Shown here in pieces: positions 24,980 through 37,100 of a DNA stretch of 64,000 nucleotides (position 1 is the stretch's first letter; every line of letters starts with the position of its first letter). A program made the translations under genes and the position numbers. A model generated the notes under the pieces. The model worked only from the letters and a program-made list of their open reading frames with translations. It made no database searches and was not told the DNA's origin. The DNA is from Paraphysomonas bandaiensis (Eukaryota; Protista; Chrysophyceae), in contig CBFFRP010000066.1 in the NCBI GenBank assembly GCA_965644295.1, positions 372,001 to 436,000 of the forward strand, in the 5' to 3' direction.

Positions 24980-27900
24980 ATGTGGAGTGATATGGTGTTT
25001 GTAGTGTACTATATGATCATATGGTTCGTGCCTATGGCGGCCCTTGATATCCCTCGTTTCAGTCAGAATCTTAATGAGGAATCAGATAATATGGCGGATT
25101 ATGATATTATTAAGTGTAACGGTGAGGGGGATGATCGCTCGTGTAGCATGAATGCTGATGGATGGATCGAATACAGTCAGGTCGCATACACACACATACA
25201 TACACACACATACATAGTCATAGAGTCATATAGATATACATACACACATACATATATAGATATACAGATACATGTATAGTCATATACATACACACACGTA
25301 CATATCCGTATAAATTACTAATGATTTTATTTCTTACAGACGAGTGTCGGTTTCTACACAGGAATCAATCTGATTGGAATCGTATTTGTCTTTATGGGCA
25401 CCTTTATTTATTTGGTGTATATACTGTGTCGCTGCTGCTGCAGATGCTGTGGATATGGGCGGAAAAAAAACACGGGCGAAACTATTGCACCGATGGATTC
25501 TAATTCTGAACCTGTGGAAATTGTGAAAATCAAGAAATTAAATCCACTGAAATTAGTCTGTATCTGTCTTGGTATATTGGGTATTGTGATAATGTGCATT
25601 TTGAGCACTGTCCTTGGTAATACAGCACTTACTGAGAGCAGTTCTGGTATTGTGAATGCTCCAGCTGGGGCTCAGCAAATCTCTCAGGATATTGAACCGC
25701 AGCTGACCGAAGTGATGATACAAATAATGAGCACTGTTGTGGTCCCTGCCATGATATCTTTGAATGAAACCATTAACTCTGCGATAAATGTTCCCCAGAT
25801 GACAGCGAGTATGCTGACCCTCAATGAAAGTCTTCCTGAGCTACCGGATGTTGGTGAAATGCTGGATGTGCTCTACAATATTGATAATATAACCACTGGA
25901 AATGTCACGACTGATTTAGTGGATGAGCTGTCTGACTTATTGGATGAACTGATTGTTGACAAAGAGAGAGTAGAGGAGCTAATAAATCTTCTCGGTGATG
26001 ATGTGGATACAATGTCTAGCTCTAATAACGATATGCTGGAGGCTATTGACCGGGCCAATGATACCATCATTGCTACTGAAATGTTTGTATCGGAAGTGAT
26101 TGGTACTGACAATGATGAAGGGCTTGCTGCTGAGGTGCATCGTGACTTAACTGCAATTCAGCGTTCTCCGGAAGGAACCATACCACCTGTCGATGTGTTT
26201 GACGAGGCATCTGACGGGGAGTATGGCAGCACTCGTGTACTCATATCCGGGGGTATGGACGGCAACTCATCTCAAGTACAACTCATGAACGACAAACTCT
26301 CTGTTATTTACACTAATATGTCCAGCCTCCCAAACTACACAGTCACCGCGAATAATATCGTGGCTTTGAACGACACTATCAATGATGCACTTGGCGACTC
26401 GGGAATTCTTAGTAACATCACTGATTCCCTTCTTGCACTGGAGTCGGTGGTAGATAGCTACCCTGCACTCAACATCACTGCTAGCTATGTCAATGAGCTC
26501 TACACCATTGTGCAGTCAGTGGACGAGGATCTCGATACTGCAATCGACATTCTACAGGAGCTATATGACCTTTTTGATGGTTTGCCCAGTGACTTGGCAA
26601 TTTTGTATAGGGAAGTGGAGGCTGTTAGGGTAATCAGCGACATCCTTTCAGCCTTTGAGGTACTCACAGACCAATTGACGGGTGTCAACGAAACACTTGT
26701 GGAGCTTCCCTCTTCACTTGGTTCTTTGACAGATGTCTACGCCGACATAAATGAGACTGCAAGTGATATTGTAAATGACGTGGATGATATGCTGGATGAC
26801 ATCGTGTCTGCCAACGATACTGTTGTCGGCTATCTTGATGATGCTATCGCTTATATGGAAGATATCAGTGAAATGGACGATCAGTTGAATTCATCCCTTC
26901 GCGAATACGATTTCGTTGCTTTCAACGATACCATATATGATGCCAAAGGATACTTAGAGGCTGTTGATTTCAACAGTACTCTCTCTGCTGTGCAGTCACT
27001 GAGAACTACCTTGGAATCTCTGAGTCTCACGTACAACCTTGTGGACGCTTTGCTTCAGTTTCAACTCGATGCGGAAGCGATAGTCAGTCTTCTACAGCGC
27101 GCAGTGGATACAACTAACGGTGGAGCTGATGGGAGCAGTATGGGAGACTACCTCAGTTTAGCTGGGGGCTACTGTTCAGATAACGACGCAGTGTACTGCG
27201 AAGATGACGGTCCTTGTGTGGGGAGTTGTGTGGGTAAGGGTTCCTATCGTTGCGCCAACGAGGGATCGATCCCGTGCAGCGAGGACTCTAATTGTACTTC
27301 GCACTGTCTCGCTGATTCTTCCAGAGCATCTGATCTCCATACTCGCCTTGTGGCGCTATCTTCCACGGATGGCGACATTGATGTGTCCTCCGAACTTAGT
27401 AGTCTGGAGGATGTGCTTTCTAGCAGTAACTTGGATCTGGATTCTGCTCGTGATGCTATTGACTCCTCTGCGAGTGTCGTGTCAGCTGTGAATCTGAGTG
27501 ACATCAATGCTATGCTTTCTATTGTACGGGATGGGTTGGATCAGTACAATGCGACAGGGGCAGTGGGAGATCTAGATTTCAACTTCGCCGACTTAGGAAT
27601 TACTGATATTATTGATCTCCTTGAACCCTTCGAAGATGACGTTGATGATCTTAATGATGAATACCTTCCTATTGTTCGCGACTACTCGTCGACGATGGTA
27701 GCATTCAGGGATTTCCTTTTCACGGAGCTCCACGGGCATGTCGATAACTTCTCCGCGGCAACGCTAAATGCGAAAGTGAGTTCCAGCGGCCCCAACGCAA
27801 TGGTCAAGTTCATAGCGAGTCAGGTGGACTCAATTACACAGTACTTCGATGAGAATCAGGATGGAGTTAAAGTTGAAGAAACCGATTTTAGTGACGACGT

Positions 27901-29326
27901 GGGGAATTCTTTTGAGGTACTGGATAAGATGGGGGCATATGATGTGTCCGGATTCGGAGATATGGATGAGCATGGAGCAATGTATTACCTGTTAAGATTG
28001 TTGAGGAATGGGTCGGTAGTTCACTGGGATTATCCTATGCTCATGGGCGTGTTTGTAAACTCCGAAAACGAGAAATATAGTAACGGAGATGTGTGTGTCA
28101 CTGAAAAATGTGAAGACCATACGCTTGAAGTTCTCAACTCTGAACCTATGAGCTCATGGAATGATGAATTCCCTGATGTCGATATGTCAGCACTAGAGAG
28201 TGTGGAGTACTCAAGAGAAGAGCTTCTTACGATGCTCTGGATTGCTCCTCTGTGCATAGTCTTTTTTGGATTACTGTCCGCCTTGTTCCACGCTGTACAG
28301 AAGTACCAAATGGCCGAGAACGTATTCAACAGTTGCTTTTTGGGATGTATTTTATGTCAGCTCCCAATTATCTTTCTGCTTACAGCATTTTTTTTTGCGT
28401 TCGCCATACTTATAAACGACGGTTGCAACTCCTGGACAGCGATCGGTGAGTTGTACATCACATCTTACGGTGATCCCTTTTGTGCGAACATTCTTGATGG
28501 AAATGGCACATTGTCCGAATGTTTGTTTGATACTAATATTCCCGATTCTATGGGAGGGGGTAATATCACTGTAACAGTGGATGTTCTCTCGTGGTATCGT
28601 GGTATATTTGCTGACGATTGCGCGGGTCGACCGGACCCCTTTGCGACACTTCTACGTTCTCTGGCTGATCAAACAGATGATATTCCTCCAGGTGCAGTGG
28701 ATCATATGCTCGAAGAAAACGAATTAAATCTTCGTGATCCTCTGCTTGATATAATTGACGCAGCTGCTGTCAATACTGGTACAGTCATACACAACTTTTT
28801 AGATTCCCTGGCGGAGGAAGTTCTGACCTGCGATAAGGTGTCAGCAGTGGTTGCTTCTGTAGACAGAGAGACTTGCGACTCATTTGCACCACCTATTCTT
28901 TGGATCGTGGCACCGTGGTATTTGTGTGCATGGCTTATTTGCTGTTTGGCACTTCCTGGTGCCTGCATGAGTGCAAAGCAGAAGGAAACGAGACGTGTCA
29001 GCCCTGCTCTAGCAAAAGAAGTAAATGACGAGGACGAAGAAGCACCAATTGAGGAGTGGCGTAACAATAGTGAGAATGAGTCGCCGCGTTCTCAACGCAG
29101 CGATAGACAAGGCAGTCGAGAGAACGCAGATGGTGTCGGTGAAGGCGATAATGCGGAGAGCCCTGCACCAATTCCTTCTGCATCCCCGGACCCGGTCAGT
29201 ACTACCATTGTCGATGGTACCAAAATGGACCTTCAGGACTTGAGCAACTCCAGCACTCTAAATCAAGACGACGTTGAAAAACCTGATGAGAAAGCTGAGC
29301 ATAGATACCCGGAAACGATGTTGTGA
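24980..29326 (+). CDS. Prominin/Tweety-like five-TM glycoprotein with a very long first extracellular loop, ~1395 aa
   Basis: join(24980..25180,25340..29326) is in frame. Order: signal-like N-terminus, TM1, Cys cluster CRCCCRCCG, TM2, ~870-aa acidic helical ectodomain with many NxS/T sites, TM3-TM4, second loop, TM5, acidic tail. This is prominin topology. Confidence 0.7.
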
Positions 29327-30289
29327 AAACAATAGATAAACTTACGAGTCACTCGTCAATTGTCTTGGTTTGTATTATTTTACTAGTACATTGTTAACGA
29401 AATGGTTTGATCATAATGAATTATAGTTTGCATAATAATTGTTCCTTGCAGCTAAATAAATACTTAACCGTAGTACATACATCACAATGCTCGAAGTACA
29501 ACTTCATCGAGAATTTAAAGTTGATTAAATTCACTCTCACAATAATATAATTGATACCGCCACTTTCACTAATTAATTCATATATTTATGTATATGATAT
29601 TCATAAATTCAACTCTAGACAGCAGTGTACACTCCATACTCCCAATAATCTGACACAAATACAAGTTGTTCGTATAGAAATGTTTACAGCAGATTTTATC
29701 CATAAGAAATATTGATTTTCGTATTATTGTACCAAATTGACAAATTTCACAGTCTGAGAGTTTGAGATATATGTACTTCTATTGATACTTAAATTTAATC
29801 TCTTTGTTGTTGTATTCTTCATTCAGTCTTTTTCTTGAACTGTCTCTATTTTACAAGACATATAATTTTCTTTAGCACTTGCTGCTCTTCCTTTTTTCCG
29901 CATAGCACATATATATGCACAATACGCTATAGCAAAGCATTGGTGTCACACTAGAACCTGTAGGCAACAGTGACATGCATTTTATGGGAATGTAAAGCTA
30001 TTCCAGAGATTGGAAATAATTACCATGACTTCTAGCAGTGCAACAAATAAGAGTTCCAGTCCGAGTTGGAACTACCATCCACCATCCACTACCATACATG
30101 AAGGATGGCTTAAAACTGAATTAACTTAACGTGATATACACTCAATGGTTAAAATTATAAACTATGATCAACCTCACTTATCATTCATTGCCATTCGCCA
30201 AATTCATGATATCTGAACTTTCAACATAGACACGATCTTACATAGACACGATCATACAGTATATGTATTACAGTTTCACTACTATGATT

Positions 30290-30660
30290 TCTATCATCTC
30301 AATAGTTCATGTAATACTGTACTGCTGTATTCTTCAAGTAACGGTCATAATTTAAATACCTTTGAACAACTGCATTTAATTGCTTACAAATAACAAATCT
30401 TTCTCTTGATCACAGCATATCCCATTTAAAATCAAAAATATCTAAATCTATTTACTACTACTGGCTTGATGTTCATTGTAAAAATAATACCATTCTAAAA
30501 TCAGCTGGGAATTTGCTCCACTCTATATAGGCACGGTCTGATACAGCCAATATAATTTAGTTTCATCTCAATAGTTCAAGTAATACTGTTAATCACCCAT
30601 ATATTCTTCAAGTAACGGTCACAATTCAAATATCTTAGAAATACAGCTTTAAATTGTTAT
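30290..30660. repeat. Diverged ~270-bp-period direct duplication in intergenic DNA
   Basis: CATCTCAATAGTTCA(T/A)GTAATACTGT...TATTCTTCAAGTAACGGTCA(T/C)AATT occurs at ~30295 and ~30564. Confidence 0.7.
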
Positions 30661-31132
30661 CATACAGCAAAACTCAACACTGCTCAACATTTACACAATT
30701 GATACAATTGCTGCATACATCACTGTTTCAAGTCAACATAACGGATGTGTATTGCCCGACTGTCGTTGAATTCGTTTCAAACTTCGCTATATTATGAAAG
30801 TGTCACAATTTAGTTTCCACTTTATGTACAAAACATACATAAATGGCAACCTAAATCGTTTTGTTGTGCGGATTCTCGAATATAGAATTTAATATATATT
30901 CAATATTAATAGCTTTAAGTAGGAACGCTACTTTTTCCTGATACAAGAGAACTAATTTCCACTGCCAAAATAAGAATTACATGATGGCTGCAAAATAAGA
31001 ATACAAAATTGTATGAGTTTAATCGAATACATTGTGTATACTTGATGAACAAAACTGACGTACACGTTCATCAAATCATTACTCCATGCATACTACTCTT
31101 GATGCTAAATAAATCAAGTACTTCAAATTTTA

Positions 31133-34100
31133 CTACAAATGGAAAACGTCCGATGTCTCTTTTTTGACCACTTTCCGCGAGTGACTTCTGTTTCCTGTGG
31201 ATGATACAGACTCGGCGCGGTATATACTTTCGTCACAATTGTACTGACTATCCATGGAGTGAGAGTGTGAGAAAGTAGACTGGAAAGATTGTGCTCTATA
31301 GAGGTTACGTGGTCTCTGAGAGGGGACTGTAGGACTATGACGTTGGTTCCTATCCAGGTGTACACGCGACGGAGAGGAAGTGTAGTGCGGACGGAGATAC
31401 GGAACAGCTGAGGACTGAGGAAAACGAAGACTCGAAGAATGATTCGATGAATGGGAAGACGTGCTTGACAAAATTTCACCTGACATAGGGGTTGAAACGG
31501 ATCGACTTGAACTCTCCGAGGACCTCACTGACCCACTTAGCAATTGGGAATTTAAAGCTTCTGTTGACCGTACAGAAGTTGCTCTATAAAGTTGACCAGA
31601 ATAGCTGCTCATATCATCTGCGAATAGGGCACCGCCTGAAGGAACATCGGATTTCGCTTCGTTTGAGTGAAACGACGGCGCACATGATGAATTGCTATCT
31701 CTGAAGTCATCTTCTCCATCAGAACTCATGATATCAGATGTAGAAAACACATTGGTTTCAAAAAACGACTCCGCATAATCAACTTTTAGTTTGTGGAAAT
31801 CAACAAGTTCATCATTCCATATCGTTACACCCACATCATGCGTGAAACTGCTCTCAGTAACTTCACAAACACTGCTCTCATCGGAACTTTCAGAAAAATC
31901 GGACCCACTTATAGAATCATAATCCGAACTGTTGCTCTCATCAATTGCCACCACATTGTCCTCAGCTGACTTGCCACGAAGTGACATTATATTAACGGAA
32001 CTAGATCGTCGTAGAATGTCTTCTTCGATGCGTGGATTTGGGGATTTCAATTCACTGTGGTTGCGGTGTCGTATGAACACCCCATATATACAACATAGCA
32101 CCACAATTAAGAATACCGATATACCTATAGTTATGCCAGTGACTTCATTCGTGTCAAGTGCATCACTACTTGAAGCTGAGTTAGCAAGATTCACATCTCC
32201 ATCAGGCGTTGGGGATGGAGTGGGACTTACTTCGGCTGGACATGCAGACAACGTAGCCGGTACAACAAGGGCCAGGTTAGTTTTTTCGAGTAAACATTGT
32301 GCAATACAGCTGAAACTGTTTTCATTACTGGAGGGCAGTGTCGAAACGACCACAAATGTCTCAAGTGGAAGGTCACAAAGAGATGATGGAATCTGGCCAA
32401 CAAATCCATTCCCACTAATATCCAGATATTTAAGAGACGTCATTTCCTGTATCGCAGTGAAACTATCATCGACAAAATCATTTTGAAGTCGACGGCCTAC
32501 TGAATCAACGTGATTCCTCATATGATTACCAGACCACAATTCCTTGAGCTTACGCCGTCCAGATGTTCCCAACATATTCGATCCAAGATTTAGGGTAGTC
32601 AGATTCTTAAGTAAACCAAGTTCAAGAGGTAAGGGGCCATCGATGTTATTGTCCGAAAAATAAGCTTCCAGAAGTGTAGTGAGCATCCCAATGCTAGATG
32701 GAATAGTTCCGGATAATTGTCTACTTCTAACATCAAGTACTGTAACTTGGCCAAGGTTATCACAACGCAATCCTGACCACCCACTGTTGCAGATTGATAC
32801 GTTGCTATCACAGGACCATCCTTGGATATCCAAGTCGAATGCCTCCACCAGTTCACAAACTGCTGTCTCTACTGGATTATGTGTCGGGGTAACTGAAGGC
32901 ACATTTGTCGGAGGGATTGTCTCACCGTCAAATGTTGGAACTAGAGTTGGCGATGCAGTCGGTTCATCAATAGGATCCAGAGTTGGAAATAGTGCCTCAT
33001 TTAGAGCAGGTGATAGGGAAGGAAAACTTGTGCTAACATCATTCGAGGGGACAAGGGATGAATAGGATGGCTCTGAGGTAGACGACAAGGTTGGCGATAG
33101 CACCGATGACACAGAGGTCGGAGATGATGTAAAATGATTCGTGGGTATATTACTTGGACTGGGTGCTGGTAATGCAACAGGGAATGAAGTTGGAGCTTCA
33201 GATGAACTGCCGAGCATTGGTGACAGAGTTGGATGTATAGTTGGCTCTGTATACAGGGGTGTAGTAGGAAAATCAGTCGGATATGCTTGAGTTGGTTCTG
33301 GAGTGGGTGCCTCAGAAGGACTGATAGGTGCAATTGTTGGAACTGCTAATGTAGAGTTGGTTAATGAGACTGTGGGAGCTTCAGTCCTAAAGTTTGTTGA
33401 GTTGATTGTAGTTGATGATGACGGCACAAGCGAAACCGAGAAAAAAGGATCAGTAGATGGAGGCACAGTGGGATAAGTAGTCAACACAGAAGGATGTAAT
33501 AACGTAGGAGAATGACTTGGAAGCAATGTAAGATCAGCACTAGGAGCTCGAGTCGGTGACAGAGAAGAGCCTGTAGAAGGAACCGTAGAAGGATTGGCAG
33601 TAGGAGACTGCGTAGGAAGTAATGTAGGCGATTGTGTCGGATCTACACTGGGATTAAATGTGGGAGTCAGTGTGGGAGCAATAGACGGTGTCGATGTTGG
33701 AACACGAGTAGGATGGACTGTAGGATCCGCAGTAGGAGTTCGAGTCGGTGACAGAGAAGAGCCTGTAGAAGGAACCGTAGAAGGATTGGCAGTAGGAGAC
33801 TGCGTAGGAAGTAATGTAGGCGATTGTGTCGGATCTACACTGGGATTAAATGTGGGAGTCAATGTGGGAGAAATAGACGGTGTCGATGTTGGAACACGAG
33901 TAGGATGGGCTGTAGGATCCGCAGTAGGAGTTCGAGTCGGTGACAGAGAAGAGCCTGTAGAAGGAACCGTAGAAGGATTGGCAGTAGGAGACTGCGTAGG
34001 AAGTAATGTAGGCGATTGTGTCGGATCTACACTGGGATTAAATGTGGGAGTCAATGTGGGAGAAATAGACGGTGTCGATGTTGGAACACGAGTAGGATGG

Positions 34101-37100
34101 ACTGTAGGATCAGCACTAGGAGCTCGAGTCGGTGACAGAGAAGAGCCTGTAGAAGGAACCGTAGAAGGATTGGCAGTAGGAGACTGCGTAGGAAGTAATG
34201 TAGGCGATTGTGTCGGATCTACACTGGGATTAAATGTGGGAGTCAATGTGGGAGAAATAGACGGTGTCGATGTTGGAACACGAGTAGGATGGGCTGTAGG
34301 ATCCGCAGTAGGAGCTCGAGTCGGTGACAGAGAAGAGCCTGTAGAAGGAACCGTAGAAGGATTGGCAGTAGGAGACTGCGTAGGAAGTAATATAGGCGAT
34401 TGTGTCGGATCTACACTGGGATTAAATGTGGGAGTCAATGTGGGAGAAATAGATGGTGTCAATGTTGGAACACGAGTAGGATGGGCTGTAAGATCAGCTA
34501 TCGGGGATAACGTGGGAAGATGACTTGGAAACAATGTAGGATCAGCAGTCGGAGCAGCACTTGGTGAAACAGTAGGAGATGTGGTTGGTAAGGACGTAGG
34601 ATCAGATGTTGGATGGCAAGTAGGAGAGGTTGTCGGTGATGCACTTGGAGTCGAAGTAGGAAAACAAGTAGGACTAGTAGTCGGAGTTAACGTGGGGGAA
34701 GAAGTAGGAGCCAGTGTAGGTAATGAAGTTGGTAATGTCGTGGGTTTCAATGTAGGACACAGTGAAGGATGTGCTGTGGGTGATTGTGTCGGATCCATGG
34801 TAGTGCTAAATGTAGGAGATAAAGTTGGCTTAGCTGATGGTACTGAAGTTGGAACAGCAGTCGGAGCAGTACTTGGTGAAACAGTAGGAGATGTGGTTGG
34901 TAAGGACGTAGGATCAGATGTTGGATGGCAAGTAGGAGAGGTTGTCGGTGATGCACTTGGAGCCGAAGTAGGAAAACAAGTAGGACTAGTAGTCGGAGTT
35001 AACGTGGGGGAAGAAGTAGGGATCAGTGTAGGTGATGAAGTTGGTAATGTCGTGGGTTTCAATGTAGGACACAGTGAAGGATGTGCTGTGGGTGATTGTA
35101 TCGGATCCATGGTAGTGCTAAATGTAGGAGATAAAGTTGGCTTAGCTGATGGTACTGAAGTTGGAACAGCAGTCGGAGCAGCACTTGGTGAAACAGTAGG
35201 AGATGTGGTTGGTAAGGACGTAGGATCAGATGTTGGATGGCAAGTAGGAGAGGTTGTCGGTGATGCACTTGGAGCCGAAGTAGGAAAACAAGTAGGACTA
35301 GTAGTCGGAGTTAACGTGGGGGAAGAAGTAGGAGCCAGTGTAGGTGATGAAGTTGGTAATGTCGTGGGTTTCAATGTAGGACACAGTGAAGGATGTGCTG
35401 TGGGTGATTGTATCGGACCCACAGTAGGGCTAAATGTAGGAGATAAAGCTGGCTCAGCTGATGGTACTGAAGTTGGAACAGCAGTCGGAGCAGCACTTGG
35501 TGAAACAGTAGGAGATGTGGTTGGTATGGACGTAGGATCAGATGTTGGATGGCAAGTAGGAGAGGTTGTCGGTGATGCACTTGGAGCCGAAGTAGGAAAA
35601 CAAGTAGGACTAGTAGTCGGAGTTAACGTGGGGGAAGAAGTAGGAGCCAGTGTAGGTGATGAAGTTGGTAATGTCGTGGGTTTCAATGTAGGACACAGTG
35701 AAGGATGTGCTGTGGGTGATTGTGTCGGATCCATGGTAGTGCTAAATGTAGGAGATAACGTTGGCTCAGCTGATGGTACTGAAGTTGGAACAGCAGTCGG
35801 AGCAGTACTTGGTGAAACAGTAGGAGATGTGGTTGGTAAGGATGTAGGATCAGATGTTGGATGGCAAGTAGGAGAGGTTGTCGGTGATGCACTTGGAGCC
35901 GAAGTAGGAAAACAAGTAGGACTAGTAGTCGGAGTTAACGTGGGGGAAGAAGTAGGAGCCAGTGTAGGTGATGAAGTTGGTAATGTCGTGGGTTTCAATG
36001 TAGGACACAGTGAAGGATGTGCTGTGGGTGATTGTGTCGGATCCACGGTAGTGCTAAATGTAGGAGATAAAGTTGGCTCAGCTGATGGTACTGAAGTTGG
36101 AACAGCAGTCGGAGCAGCACTTGGTGAAACAGTAGGAGATGTGGTTGGTAAGGACGTAGGATCAGATGTTGGATGGCAAGTAGGAGAGGTTGTCGGTGAT
36201 GCACTTGGAGCCGAAGTAGGAAAACAAGTAGGACTAGTAGTCGGAGTTAACGTGGGGGAAGAAGTAGGAGCCAGTGTAGGTGATGAAGTTGGTAATGTCG
36301 TGGGTTTCAATGTAGGACACAGTGAAGGATGTGCTGTGGGTGATTGTATCGGACCCACAGTAGGGCTAAATGTAGGAGATAAAGCTGGCTCAGCTGATGG
36401 TACTGAAGTTGGAACAGCAGTCGGAGCAGCACTTGGTGAAACAGTAGGAGATGTGGTTGGTATGGACGTAGGATCAGATGTTGGATGGCAAGTAGGAGAG
36501 GTTGTCGGTGATGCACTTGGAGCCGAAGTAGGAAAACAAGTAGGACTAGTAGTCGGAGTTAACGTGGGGGAAGAAGTAGGAGCCAGTGTAGGTGATGAAG
36601 TTGGTAATGTCGTGGGTTTCAATGTAGGACACAGTGAAGGATGTGCTGTGGGTGATTGTGTCGGATCCATGGTAGTGCTAAATGTAGGAGATAAAGTTGG
36701 CTTAACTGATGGTACTGAAGTTGGAACAGCAGTCGGAGCAGTACTTGGTGAAACAGTAGGAGATGTGGTTGGTAAGGACGTAGGATCAGATGTTGGATGG
36801 CAAGTAGGAGAGGTTGTCGGTGATGCACTTGGAGCCGAAGTAGGAAAACAAGTAGGACTAGTAGTCGGAGTTAACGTGGGGGAAGAAGTAGGAGCCAGTG
36901 TAGGTGATGAAGTTGGTAATGTCGTGGGTTTCAATGTAGGACACAGTGAAGGATGTGCTGTGGGTGATTGTGTCGGATCCATGGTAGTGCTAAATGTAGG
37001 AGATAAAGTTGGCTTAACTGATGGTACTGAAGTTGGAACAGCAGTCGGAGCAGTACTTGGTGAAACAGTAGGAGATGTGGTTGGTAAGGACGTAGGATCA

